A stretch of DNA of 64,000 bases from an uncultured Burkholderiales bacterium (GTDB lineage: Bacteria > Pseudomonadota > Gammaproteobacteria > Burkholderiales > SHXO01): NCBI GenBank assembly GCA_964523885.1, contig CAZFYX010000039.1, positions 169,427 through 233,426 on the forward strand, given 5' to 3'. The notes beneath the pieces were generated by a model, which worked only from the letters and a program-made list of their open reading frames with translations, was not told the DNA's origin and did no database searches. The translations under genes were made by a program, and so were the position numbers. Below are positions 7,326-17,241 of the stretch, one piece after another. The first letter of the stretch is position 1. Each line of letters opens with the position of its first letter.

Positions 7326-9289
7326 GCGCATGGCGCGCACCCTGGGTGTCCGTGCTGATGCCGACGCACTCGCAGGCGCAGTTCATCGGCCGTGCCATCG
7401 CCAGCCTGCAAGCGCAGACGCTGGAGCGCTGGGAGCTGCTCGTCGTCGACGACGGATCGCCCGACGACACCCACGCAGCGGTGCGGCCGTTCCTGTCCGA
7501 TCCGCGCATCCGCTACGAGCGGCTCTCGCGCAACGTCGGGCTCGGCGCCGCGCTCAACTGCGCGATGGACCTGGCGCATGCCCCGTTCATCGCGTATCTG
7601 CCCTCCGACGACGTCTACTATGCCGAGCACCTCGAGTCCCTGCGTGAATGCCTGGAGACACACCCGGGCGCGCCGCTGGCGTTCTCCGGCGTGCGGCACC
7701 ACTACAATCGCCATGCGGCGGGCGTGATCGACGGCGAGCCGATGCAGCTGGTGCAGGTGATGCACCGACGCACCACCGAGCGCTGGACCGAGCGCGACGA
7801 GCTGGTGACCGACGACCTGAGCCGGATGCTGTGGGACCGGCTGCGGCCGGCCGGGGCATTCGTGGGCACCGGTGCGGTGACCTGCGAGTGGGCAGACCAT
7901 CCGGGGCAGCTGCACAAGCTGCTGCGCGAGCCCGAGGGCGGCATCAATCCGTATCGGCAGCGCTACGGCCTGCGCCAGCCGCTGCGCTTCCACACCACGG
8001 TGGGCAACCGCATCGATGAAGTGGCGCACTATGCGCGCTACCGCGGCCGCCCCGGCGCGCCGCCCGCACCGGACGGCCTCAGGATCCTGCTCGTCGGCGA
8101 ACTGGCCCACAACGCCGACCGCGTGCTCGCGCTGGAGGAGATGGGCCATCGGCTGCATGGCCTGTGGATGCGCCGGCCGCACTGGTACAACACGGTCGGC
8201 CCGCTGCCGTTCGGACACGTGCACGACATCCCGTTCGAGCGCTGGCGCGAGTCGGTGCGACGGCTGCAGCCCGACGTCATCTACGCGCTGCTCAGCTGGC
8301 AAGCGGTGCCGTTCGCCTGGGAGGTGATGCGCGCGAATCCCGGCGTCCCCTTCGTCTGGCACTTCAAGGAGGGCCCGTTCATCTGCATGGAGCAAGGCAC
8401 GTGGCGCGAGCTGGTGGACCTCTACCGCCACAGCGACGGGCGGATCTACTCCAGCCCGGAGATGCGCGAGTGGTTCGAAGCCGTGGTGCCCGGACTCGAG
8501 GGCCTATCGATGGTGCTCGACGGCGACCTGCCCAAGCGCGACTGGTTCGAGCCGCGCCGCACGCCCCGGCTGTCGCAGCACGATGGTGGCTTGCACACCG
8601 TCGTCACCGGACGCCCCATCGGGCTGCATCCGGACACCGTGGCAGCGCTCGCGCGCGAAGGTGTGCACCTGCACCTCTACGGTGACGTCACGCAGTCGCA
8701 GTGGCGCGAGTGGATCGCGAAGACGCAGGCACTGGCCGGGGACTTCCTGCACGTGCACGCCCAGGTCGACCACGATCGCTGGGTCGAGGAGCTGTCGCGC
8801 TACGATGCCGGCTGGCTGCACTTCTTCCGCAGCAGGAACGGCGGCGAGCTGCGACGTGCGGACTGGGACGACCTGAACTATCCCGCGCACCTGTCCACAC
8901 TGGCCTCGGCCGGGCTGCCGCTGATCCAGTACGACAACACCGGCGCAATCGTCGCGACCCAGTCGCTGGCACGCGGTCTGGACGTAGGCCTGTTCGTGCG
9001 CGACATGGCCGATCTCGGCGCGCAGCTGCGCGACAGCGAACGCGTGGACGCCCTGCGCGGGAACATGTGGCAGCACCGCGACACCTTCAACTTCGACTAC
9101 CACGCGCCGGGGCTCGTCGCCTTCTTCCGCGAGGTGATCGCCCGCCGCGAGGGCCGCGCCGGATCGCGGCGCGGCCGCATCGCCGCCGCGCTGAACGACG
9201 CGGCCGCAGCGTTGCACCGACCGCCCGTGCCGGCCGGCGCGGCGATGCCCAGCGCCTTCCCCGTCCCGTCCGCGCCGGAGAACGGGTGA
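7322..9289 (+). CDS. two-domain glycosyltransferase (GT2 N-terminus plus GT-B-like C-terminus)
   Basis: VSVLMPTH...ELLVVDDGSPD...NVGLGAALN...YLPSDD gives the GT2 domain; a second domain starts at ILLVGELAHN. Confidence 0.85.
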   Translation: MSAWRAPWVSVLMPTHSQAQFIGRAIASLQAQTLERWELLVVDDGSPDDTHAAVRPFLSDPRIRYERLSRNVGLGAALNCAMDLAHAPFIAYLPSDDVYYAEHLESLRECLETHPGAPLAFSGVRHHYNRHAAGVIDGEPMQLVQVMHRRTTERWTERDELVTDDLSRMLWDRLRPAGAFVGTGAVTCEWADHPGQLHKLLREPEGGINPYRQRYGLRQPLRFHTTVGNRIDEVAHYARYRGRPGAPPAPDGLRILLVGELAHNADRVLALEEMGHRLHGLWMRRPHWYNTVGPLPFGHVHDIPFERWRESVRRLQPDVIYALLSWQAVPFAWEVMRANPGVPFVWHFKEGPFICMEQGTWRELVDLYRHSDGRIYSSPEMREWFEAVVPGLEGLSMVLDGDLPKRDWFEPRRTPRLSQHDGGLHTVVTGRPIGLHPDTVAALAREGVHLHLYGDVTQSQWREWIAKTQALAGDFLHVHAQVDHDRWVEELSRYDAGWLHFFRSRNGGELRRADWDDLNYPAHLSTLASAGLPLIQYDNTGAIVATQSLARGLDVGLFVRDMADLGAQLRDSERVDALRGNMWQHRDTFNFDYHAPGLVAFFREVIARREGRAGSRRGRIAAALNDAAAALHRPPVPAGAAMPSAFPVPSAPENG

Positions 9290-9585
9290 GCGGGGCCGCA
9301 CAGCGCGGCCGCATAGCGAACGTCCGCAGGATCGCCATGCTGCACGCCAATGCGATGGGCGACATCGTGTTGATGCTGCCAGTGCTCGGCTCTTCAACCC
9401 GATGAACTCCAGCCAGCTCACCCGTGCGCGGCATCGGCCATTCGCATCGTGGACGACCCGCTGCATGCAGTGCGGGCACGATTGCACCGACGGCCACTGC
9501 CCCGCACGAAGCCAGTTTCGTGGCCGACGTCGACCACGATGCGGCGCGCGATGCCGCGCCGGAGTGGCTGCACGCGGCCGGCTGA
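9286..9585 (+). pseudogene. glycosyltransferase family 9 (heptosyltransferase-like) remnant with internal deletion and frameshift
   Basis: N-terminus RRIAMLHANAMGDIVLMLPVL is joined out of frame to TRARHRP..SW..RCMQCG..C; an extra C in a C-run near 9500 disrupts the CPHEASFVADV reading. Confidence 0.72.
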
Positions 9586-9614
9586 CGTCTCCCGGCGTCG
9601 CCCGGACGCCGCAG

Positions 9615-9631
9615 CCGGCACGGAGCATGCT
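9615..9631 (+). promoter_or_regulatory. sigma-54-like motif
   Basis: cGGCACGgagcatGCt, GG-N10-GC, about 75 bp upstream of the 9707 gene. Confidence 0.45.
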
Positions 9632-9706
9632 GCCGCGCCACCCCATACCGCAGAGCCTCGGAAGAGACCAAGCCGCGCCGCCCGGCGGTGCAAGAGGAGA
9701 TCCGCG

Positions 9707-11320
9707 ATGAGGAAGACCCTGCTCACCCTGCTCGCCTGCGCGGGCGCATTCGCCGCGCACGCGCATGCGGCGGCAGGTCCGGCCCGCAACCCGTACCTGG
9801 CCGCCGACAAGTACGCCACCTCCCACTTCGACCCGGCGCGCACCGACTCCGTGGCCTACCCCGCCCCAGGCGGGTCCTTCCGGGGGGAGCTGCGCCGGAT
9901 GCCGCGCGTGGCGGGCGGCCCGGTCAACTGGATGGAACTCGCCTCGACCTCGCCGCGCTACATGTGGGGCATCTTCACCGGTGGCGTGCGCTACATCGAC
10001 GTCTCCGGCAACGGCTTTCGCACCGTCGCACGCCTGGCCACGCCCGGCGCGCAGTGGCTGGAGCCCGCCACGCTCGACCAGGCGCTGGCGCAGCGCTGGT
10101 CGACAGTGGACGAGGTGACGGCGCTGGTGAGGCAGACGCTGCGGGTGCCCGCGGAGCGGCTCGACACCAATGCACACGCGTTCGTGGACCGGGACAATGT
10201 CCTGTACGCCAGCGCACCGGGAGGGATGATCCACGCCTACGGCCTGGCGGAGCCCGCCGATCCGACGGCCGGCATCAAGGTCCTGCGCAGCCTCGACTTC
10301 GGCAGCGAGCTGCAGCGGCTCGCCGCCGGAGCCGGCGAGGGCAGCAGGCAACAGCCGGTCAGGATCGTCGGCCTCGGCGTCACCTACGACGGCAAGCTGG
10401 TGATCCTCAGCAGCCGCTCGGTCACGGTCATGGACCGCAGCCTGCGCGGCAACCGGGTCGTGGTCGAGCTCGGTCCCGATGAGCGCGTCACCACCGGCAT
10501 GGCGATCGACGAGAAGGGCGGCATCTATCTCGCCACCGACACCACCCTGCGCAAGCTGGTGTGGACCGGCTCGAAGCTCTCCGCCGACGAGCAGGACGGC
10601 GCGTGGGCCGCGCTCTACGACACCGGGCGCACACCGCCCAACGGGAAGGCCGGCCGGGGCACCGGCACGACGCCGGTGCTGATGGGCTTCGACGGCTTCC
10701 CGGACAAGCTGGTCGTCATCGTCGACGGCGCAGACCGCATGAAGGCGGTCGCGTTCTGGCGCGACGGGATTCCCGCCGGTTTCGAGCAGAAGCCCGGCAC
10801 CAAGTCCCGCCGCGTCGCAGGTCAGATCGAGCTCACCTGCGGCCTGGCGCCTGCACCGGATTTCGTCCAGACCGCACAACCGCTGGTCGCGAGCGGCTAC
10901 GGCCTGTTCGTGCTCAACAGCGTGCGCACCCAGGGCACCGACGACAGGCTCGTCGATGCCCTCGCGAGCGGACCGGTGTTCGCGCCGGCCATGGGCGCGG
11001 AGCGCATCGAGTGGGACCCCTCCGCCCACGAATGGCGCTCGGTGTGGACCCGTGCAGATCTGGCCGGCACCAGCATGGCACCGGCGCTCAGCACCGGCGC
11101 GAACGCCGTGTTCGTCAACGGCTACACCAGCACCGACGGCTGGGAACTCACCGGGCTGGACTGGGACACGGGAAAGACGGTGCACCGGACCATCTTCGGC
11201 CACGACAATCTCGGCAACGCGGCCTTCGCGCCGCTCCAGTTCCTGCCCAACGGCGACCTGCTGTTCAACAGCATTGGCGGGCCGGTGCGCGTGCGCTATC
11301 CCGGACCGGCGAAACCCTAG
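9707..11320 (+). CDS. secreted hypothetical protein, possible beta-propeller
   Basis: RBS gaggag; signal peptide MRKTLLTLLACAGAFAAHAHA; alternating beta-strand/Gly-Asp pattern; no family recognised. Confidence 0.75.
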   Translation: MRKTLLTLLACAGAFAAHAHAAAGPARNPYLAADKYATSHFDPARTDSVAYPAPGGSFRGELRRMPRVAGGPVNWMELASTSPRYMWGIFTGGVRYIDVSGNGFRTVARLATPGAQWLEPATLDQALAQRWSTVDEVTALVRQTLRVPAERLDTNAHAFVDRDNVLYASAPGGMIHAYGLAEPADPTAGIKVLRSLDFGSELQRLAAGAGEGSRQQPVRIVGLGVTYDGKLVILSSRSVTVMDRSLRGNRVVVELGPDERVTTGMAIDEKGGIYLATDTTLRKLVWTGSKLSADEQDGAWAALYDTGRTPPNGKAGRGTGTTPVLMGFDGFPDKLVVIVDGADRMKAVAFWRDGIPAGFEQKPGTKSRRVAGQIELTCGLAPAPDFVQTAQPLVASGYGLFVLNSVRTQGTDDRLVDALASGPVFAPAMGAERIEWDPSAHEWRSVWTRADLAGTSMAPALSTGANAVFVNGYTSTDGWELTGLDWDTGKTVHRTIFGHDNLGNAAFAPLQFLPNGDLLFNSIGGPVRVRYPGPAKP

Positions 11321-11357
11321 CAGTGGACGCTGCGGCCCGGGCTCGCGGATCGGGCAG

Positions 11358-13649
11358 CTAGTCGTCCACGAACAGCCCGCAGCAATCCGCCGCGCCGGGG
11401 TCGTCCGGCCTGCGTGCGCCGGTGGCCTCCCCGCTGCCGTTCGCCCGCGACTGCGTGTAGCGGTCCATCGCACCGCCGAGATGGACGAATGCACTGAAGC
11501 TGTATACACCGCTCGCGTCATGGTGATAGCGGTTGTCGCCGCCGAGTCCCTGGCACGCCCTGGCGCAGGCATATTCGTCCTCGCCGCCGAGGTCGACGAG
11601 CACACCGAGGGCCTGCTGCGCGGCAGCGCCCTGCGCCAGCTCAGCGGCGGCGTAGCGGTCGTTGCCGGCACGGTCGAGCAGCATCCCCGCACCCTGGTCC
11701 CATGCCGCGCCCTGCGCGGCCGGTCCCGGGCACAGGTAGGTGTCGTCGCCCACGTCGTCGACCAGGATGCCCGCCGCCTGATGCACGCCAGTGCCCTGCG
11801 CGTAGCGCGAGCCGACGTAGCGGTCGTCGCCGCTCGCGTCGTGCAGGATGCCAAGGCCCTGGAAGTAACCGGTGCCCTGGCCGAACTCGCCCACCGAGTA
11901 GAAGTCGTCCCCGGCGAAGTCGTAGATCGCGCCCAGCCCGCCCGGTGCGAGGTCGCGGATCCCCACCCCGAACCCCTGGCTCAGCCCGGCGTAGACCTCG
12001 GCCGTGCCGTATGCGCTGCCCACGTGCGGTCCGTTGGCCAGATAGGTGTCGTGGCCATCGCCTTCGACGACGAGGCCGATGCCGCCCGGTCCGCCTGCGC
12101 CCTGCGACAGGAGCTGCGCATCATAGAGATCGTCTCCGCCGCGATCGATCAGGATGCCTGCCCCGTACATGGCCGCGCCCTCGGCCCAGCCGGCTTCGGA
12201 CGTGTCGTCGAGATAGCGGTCGTCGCCCGAGTCGTCGATGAGCACGCCGACGCCGAACAACCCGGCGGCCAGCGCCGCGAGGTGATGCGACAGGTAGCGG
12301 TCGTTGCCGCCGCGATCCCACACCACCGACACCGAGAAGACACCGGCAGCCGGCCCGGCGAAATCCCCGGCGGACTGGTAGACGTCGTCGCCGGATGCAT
12401 CGATCACGAGCTGGTACACGCCCTCCGCGGCGTGCGTGAAGGCGTAGACATCGTCCCCGCCGGGGTCGAACACCGCGGCGATCCGGTCCATGTCGTATCG
12501 ATTGGCCTGCGCGCCGCCGACGATCCACAGTTGCCCGTCGACGACGCGGGCGGCCAGCACCGGTCCCCCGACTGCCGCCTGCACGCGCTCCGCAAGCTCG
12601 GGCGGAATCGGTTGTGCTCCCTGCATCGCATCGCGCGCGAATTGCTCGAGCTCCGCCGCGTACCGCGCGACCCTCGGCAGCATCGCAGCAGCCAGCGGCA
12701 TGACCTCCGGGCTTGCGCGCATCACCTGCAGGTGCTCGGGCAACGCGGGGCCCTGCGCCGTGACGTCCGCACGCATTGCACGCATCAACCGCTCGGCACG
12801 CTCCACGTAGGCGCTGCGTGCGGCGGACAGCCGGGTGGCGATGTCTGACTGTGCCTGCAAGTCCGGCAGGGCCAGCGTGCCAAGGATCAGGGCGTGCAAC
12901 GCCAGCAGTGTCGATGGCAGGGATTGCCGTGCAGCCAGCGGCCGGACCTGCGCAGCCAGCGCCGCCTCCACCCGATCGAGCGCGAGCGGGTGCGCGACGG
13001 TTTGCGCGACGACGGTCAGGGTGTCGGGCGCGAGCAGCCGGTCCTGCACGTTGCCGAGATAGGCGATCAGCGCATCGAGGCCGCCGATCGCGGTGCGCAC
13101 CCCGAGCTCGCCGGCCCTCTGCCGGATCAGCGGCTCGAACTCTCCCGGCAGTGCAGGCGCCACGCTGCGTCCCGGTGCGAGTCCGGTGCCCACCAGCGGG
13201 CGCCAGCGCGCCGCATCATCGAGCACGATCTCGACCACCCGCTCCTCGCCCGAGGCGTCTCCGCGCGCAATGGCGGCGTACGGATCGGCGCTGGCGCCGC
13301 GCCGATACACGACCCGCAACCGATCGCCCGGGAAGTGCGCACGGATGAGCTGGGCGAAGCCCGCCGCGTCGAGCTGTTGCCCGTCGATCGACACGATCAC
13401 GTCGCCGCGCCAGATCGACGGTGAGGTGAAACCGTCGCCGCCGAGCGGCCCGGGCTGCACGCCGGCGACCACGACGCCCTCGGCAGCCTGGCGCAATCTC
13501 AGGCCGGCGTAGCCGGGCACTTCGGCGCGCGACGTCGTGTTCGCAACCGGATCGACCAACGCCTCAGCCGCCGCCGCAACACCCGGCCATTGCGCGTACG
13601 CGACCAGCGCAGCAGCGCAGGCAGCGTGCCGCACGACACACCGGATCAT
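11358..13649 (-). CDS. secreted PDZ-domain protein with C-terminal D-x-x-G-x-D-x-Y repeats
   Basis: Signal peptide; PDZ-like GLRLRQAAEGVVVAGV...GDVIVSIDG; about 11-12 repeats such as DPGGDDVY, DASGDDVY, DRGGNDRY. Confidence 0.8.
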   Translation of the reverse strand: MIRCVVRHAACAAALVAYAQWPGVAAAAEALVDPVANTTSRAEVPGYAGLRLRQAAEGVVVAGVQPGPLGGDGFTSPSIWRGDVIVSIDGQQLDAAGFAQLIRAHFPGDRLRVVYRRGASADPYAAIARGDASGEERVVEIVLDDAARWRPLVGTGLAPGRSVAPALPGEFEPLIRQRAGELGVRTAIGGLDALIAYLGNVQDRLLAPDTLTVVAQTVAHPLALDRVEAALAAQVRPLAARQSLPSTLLALHALILGTLALPDLQAQSDIATRLSAARSAYVERAERLMRAMRADVTAQGPALPEHLQVMRASPEVMPLAAAMLPRVARYAAELEQFARDAMQGAQPIPPELAERVQAAVGGPVLAARVVDGQLWIVGGAQANRYDMDRIAAVFDPGGDDVYAFTHAAEGVYQLVIDASGDDVYQSAGDFAGPAAGVFSVSVVWDRGGNDRYLSHHLAALAAGLFGVGVLIDDSGDDRYLDDTSEAGWAEGAAMYGAGILIDRGGDDLYDAQLLSQGAGGPGGIGLVVEGDGHDTYLANGPHVGSAYGTAEVYAGLSQGFGVGIRDLAPGGLGAIYDFAGDDFYSVGEFGQGTGYFQGLGILHDASGDDRYVGSRYAQGTGVHQAAGILVDDVGDDTYLCPGPAAQGAAWDQGAGMLLDRAGNDRYAAAELAQGAAAQQALGVLVDLGGEDEYACARACQGLGGDNRYHHDASGVYSFSAFVHLGGAMDRYTQSRANGSGEATGARRPDDPGAADCCGLFVDD

Positions 13650-13852
13650 GCTGCAACGCTCGCAGCGGCCGGCACCTTCGATCGGGCGAATGGTGCGGCC
13701 CGCAGGCAAGTGTCGCCGCCTGCACTGTCGTCAATCATGCCGTCCTCGATGTGACTGATGCGAGAGGAGAAATCCGACCGGGACGCCGTGCGCGTCGCTG
13801 CAGCCGAACGAAATCAGCCACGCTTATCATACAAGTGTCTGTTTATACAGCA

Positions 13853-13868
13853 TGGTACGCGAATAGCT
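13853..13868 (+). promoter_or_regulatory. sigma-54-like promoter
   Basis: TGGTACGcgaataGCt, GG-N10-GC, within an A/T-rich intergenic patch. Confidence 0.5.
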
Positions 13869-14058
13869 AAGGCGCCCCTGGCTCGACCGTCCGACCTTCG
13901 GCCGGTGCGGCATGCACACGAATCCCTTCGCGTCGCGGAACACCACCGCCTGCGAGCCGGGAGTTCGTGCCCGATCACTCCACACATCGCATTGGTGCGC
14001 CCGTGCAGCGACTCTCACTGCAATTCATCACGCCGTGCCCTGATCGGCCGGCACCGTC

Positions 14059-15456
14059 ATGCTGACCCCGCGCTGCAGGACTGCTCGCTACCCGAGGGCG
14101 CATGTGCTTGGTCAGGCCGCGCTCGCCCTGGTCGGCCTCCTGGCGCTCGCCGCCGACGCTGCCCAGGTGACGCTGCGCTGGGACTACACGGCCTCGGGCG
14201 CGAGCGGCTTCATGCTCCACTGCGGGGCCGCGAGCCGCAGCTACAGCTCACGCGTGGACGCGGGCAACACCGACACCTATACGCTCGCCAACCTCGCCCC
14301 GGGCAGCACCACCTACTGCGCGGTCACGGCCTACGATGCGGCGAAGACGGAGAGCGCCTATTCCAACGAAGTAACCGTGAGCGTTCCCGCCGATGCGCCG
14401 GTCGCCGCCTTCACCGCCACTCCGCTCACCGGCGTCGCACCGCTGTCGGTCACCTTCTCCAACCAAAGCACAGGCCAGGTGACCAGCTGGCTCTGGGACT
14501 TCGGCGACGGCACCACGAGCACCGCGCAATCGCCCACTCACGTCTACTCCAGTGCGGGAAGTTACCTGCCCAGGCTGACCGCCGCGGGCCCGGGCGGCAC
14601 CACCATCAAGACCGCCACCAGTGCGATCACCGTCAGCACCGCGAGCGGCGGCGGCGGTACCACCACCCCGCCTGGCGAGATCATCATCGACAACGGCCAA
14701 TCGCGCACGAGCCGCACCGGCAGCTGGTGCACCTCCACTTCCACCGGCTCGTACGGCGCCAACTCGGTCTACTCGTGCGGGACCGGCCTGGACACCTACC
14801 GCTGGACACCGTCGTTTGCCGCTGCCGGCACGTACGACGTGTACGTCTGGTGGACCGCTCATGCCAATCGCTCGACCACGGTGCCGATCACGGTCGCCTC
14901 GCAAGGGGTCGCGCAGACCTTCCTGAAGAACCAGCGCGTCGGGGGCGGGCAGTGGCAACTCCTCGGACGCTTCACCTTCGCCGCAGGGACCACTGGATAC
15001 GTCGAGGTCTCCGACAAGAACGGCCAGGCCGCGGCCGACGCCGTCCGCTGGGTGCCCGCACCGGCAGGCGAGATCATCCTCGACAACACCCGGACGGGCG
15101 CAACCTTCACCGGCACGTGGTGCATCTCGGACGCAACCGGTGCGTACGGCGCCAACTCGCTCTACTCCTGCGGGACCGACGCCGACACCTATCGCTGGAC
15201 ACCCTCGATTCCGGCTGCCCGCAGCTACGCGGTGTACGTATGGTGGACCGCATATGCCACACGCGCGACCAGCGTCCCGATCACCGTTGTCTCGAGCAGC
15301 GGATCGCGCACCTTCCTCAAGAACCAGCAGAGCGGCGGGAGCCGATGGCAACTGCTCGGCACCTTCCCGTTCGCGGCCGGATCCGGCGGCTACGTGGAGG
15401 TCTCGGACCGCAACGGCCAGGCCGGTGCGGACGCGGTCAAGCTGGTGCCACAGTAG
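14059..15456 (+). CDS. secreted FN3 + PKD + tandem golvesin-like (carbohydrate-binding-like) domain protein
   Basis: VTLRWD...YCAVTAYD..ESAYSNEV (FN3); WLWDFGDGTTSTAQSPTHVY (PKD); two repeats of about 130 aa, GEIIIDN...YRWTP...YVWW...WQLLG...ADAV. Confidence 0.82.
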   Translation: MLTPRCRTARYPRAHVLGQAALALVGLLALAADAAQVTLRWDYTASGASGFMLHCGAASRSYSSRVDAGNTDTYTLANLAPGSTTYCAVTAYDAAKTESAYSNEVTVSVPADAPVAAFTATPLTGVAPLSVTFSNQSTGQVTSWLWDFGDGTTSTAQSPTHVYSSAGSYLPRLTAAGPGGTTIKTATSAITVSTASGGGGTTTPPGEIIIDNGQSRTSRTGSWCTSTSTGSYGANSVYSCGTGLDTYRWTPSFAAAGTYDVYVWWTAHANRSTTVPITVASQGVAQTFLKNQRVGGGQWQLLGRFTFAAGTTGYVEVSDKNGQAAADAVRWVPAPAGEIILDNTRTGATFTGTWCISDATGAYGANSLYSCGTDADTYRWTPSIPAARSYAVYVWWTAYATRATSVPITVVSSSGSRTFLKNQQSGGSRWQLLGTFPFAAGSGGYVEVSDRNGQAGADAVKLVPQ

Positions 15457-15679
15457 GTGTGTGGATGAATCCGTGGGCAAGCTCGAACCGACCCAACCGG
15501 GGCGGACGACGAACCGACCGGCAGGACCCGTTGCATCCGCCACCTGGAGTCGCGCCGCGAAGCCGTTCTTCAATTGCCAGCGGACGCGCAGTGGTCCGAT
15601 ACCCGGCCCCGAACGGCCCGCACCAGGCATCGCGTGGGTCGCGCGAAGCCGCGCGCCGCGGGCCCATGGTCCCGATGGC

Positions 15680-16402
15680 TCAGTGCTTCGAGTCACCCGT
15701 CACATCTGGCTCGGAGCCGGCGTCCAGCAGTGCCCTCGAGACCCACCCCGCCAGCACCGCGCCGACGATGGGTGCGACCCAGAACAGCCACAGCTGTGCC
15801 AGAGCCCAGCCCCCCACGAACAGGGCAGGGCCGGTGCTGCGTGCCGGGTTGACCGAGGTATTGGTGACAGGAATGCTGATCAGGTGGATGAGCGTCAGCG
15901 CCAGGCCGATCGCGATACCGGCGAAGCCGACCGGCGCGCGCTTGTGAATGGCGCCGATGATGACCACCAGGAACCCGAACGTCAGCACAATCTCGCACAC
16001 CAGGGCCGCGCCCAGCGAATACCGACCTGGCGAGTGCTCACCGTAGCCGTTAGAGGCGAAGCCGGCTGAGAGGTCGAAGCCCTCCTTGCCGCTTGCGATC
16101 ACGTACAGGATCGCAGCACCGGCGATCGCGCCAGCGACCTGCGCCACGATGTAGGGCACGAGTTGGCTGGCTGGAAAGCGTCCGGCGGCCCACAGGCCGC
16201 ACGATACCGCTGGATTGAAGTGACCACCGGAAATCGGGCCGATGGCATACGCCATGGTCAGCACCGTCAATCCGAACGCCAGCGAAACACCCAGCAATCC
16301 GATCCCCACCTGCGGGAACGCGGCGGCGAGCACCGCGCTGCCGCATCCCCCCAGAACCAGCCACAGCGTGCCGATGAACTCCGCTGTCAATTTCGCTGTC
16401 AT
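15680..16402 (-). CDS. aqpZ: aquaporin Z
   Basis: [28 protein letters not shown] and [10 protein letters not shown] (two NPA motifs). Confidence 0.96.
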   Translation of the reverse strand: MTAKLTAEFIGTLWLVLGGCGSAVLAAAFPQVGIGLLGVSLAFGLTVLTMAYAIGPISGGHFNPAVSCGLWAAGRFPASQLVPYIVAQVAGAIAGAAILYVIASGKEGFDLSAGFASNGYGEHSPGRYSLGAALVCEIVLTFGFLVVIIGAIHKRAPVGFAGIAIGLALTLIHLISIPVTNTSVNPARSTGPALFVGGWALAQLWLFWVAPIVGAVLAGWVSRALLDAGSEPDVTGDSKH

Positions 16403-16539
16403 GATGAACTCCCCTTCTGGTTGTCGTTGCCCCCCGGCACCACCGACTATACCGAACACCGCGACCGCCAGCGTGTTGTGACATCCCAGGGGATACCGGG
16501 CGAGCGTCCATCCCTTGAGACACGCCACTGCCTTGCCAC

Positions 16540-17076
16540 CTAGCTCCTTGCCCGCCGCGCCCTGGGTTCCCGTCGCCGGGATGGCCGCGGCCTGCCTTGG
16601 GCGGGCTCCGGCAGCGGCAAGGCGGTCTGGTACTTGACCTGCTTGAGCGAGAAGCTCGACTTGATGTTGCCCACCCCGGGCACCCGCGAAAGGAACTGCA
16701 GGATGAACCGCTCCAGCGCCTGCAGGTCGGGCACCACCACGCGCAGCAGGTAATCCGCCTCGCCGGTCATGAGGTAGCACTCCATCACCTCGGGCCGCTC
16801 GCGGATCGCCTTCTCGAACACCTCCAGCGCCGGCTCGATCTGCTTCTCCAGCGTGACCTGGATGAACACGCTCACCTTCAGGCCCACGCGTTGCGGATCG
16901 AGCAGCGTCACGTAGCGGCTGATGTAGCCAGCCTCCTCCAGCGCCCGCACGCGGTTCAGGCACGGGGAGGGCGACAGCCCGACCTGCCCGGCCAGTTCGA
17001 CGTTGGTCATGCGCGCGTCGCGCTGGAGCAGGGCCAGCAGGCGCCAGTCAGTCAGGTCCAGCGTGTCGTTCGGCAT
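16540..17076 (-). CDS. Lrp/AsnC family transcriptional regulator (MdeR-like position)
   Basis: [31 protein letters not shown]; [13 protein letters not shown]; divergent from the E1 gene. Confidence 0.95.
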   Translation of the reverse strand: MPNDTLDLTDWRLLALLQRDARMTNVELAGQVGLSPSPCLNRVRALEEAGYISRYVTLLDPQRVGLKVSVFIQVTLEKQIEPALEVFEKAIRERPEVMECYLMTGEADYLLRVVVPDLQALERFILQFLSRVPGVGNIKSSFSLKQVKYQTALPLPEPAQGRPRPSRRREPRARRARS

Positions 17077-17241
17077 TTTATTCTGCTCACACGGTCATCG
17101 AAGATACGAAGTTGCGCCATCAAGCGTTTCCGCAAGGATAAACGAAACCACGTGCTCTGCGAACGGGAGTAGGATGCTCGCCTCCGCAGGGCTGATTCCA
17201 ACTCCCATACTCACGTCCCCGTACCCGCAGGCGCAGACGCC

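Noticed and set aside
8504-11854. 1116-aa minus-strand ORF, and similar long ORFs such as 46495-49257, 33999-36362 and 43235-45052
   Set aside because: These are antisense or alternate-frame shadows of well-supported genes in GC-rich DNA; they are Arg/Ala/Pro-rich with no motifs.
14660-15456. Direct repeat as a mobile or CRISPR-like element
   Set aside because: It is an in-frame protein domain duplication, diverged at synonymous sites.
16523-16540. GG-N10-GC motif upstream of aqpZ (minus strand)
   Set aside because: The -12 half is weak (TGGC) and it abuts the Lrp stop codon; chance occurrence is plausible.
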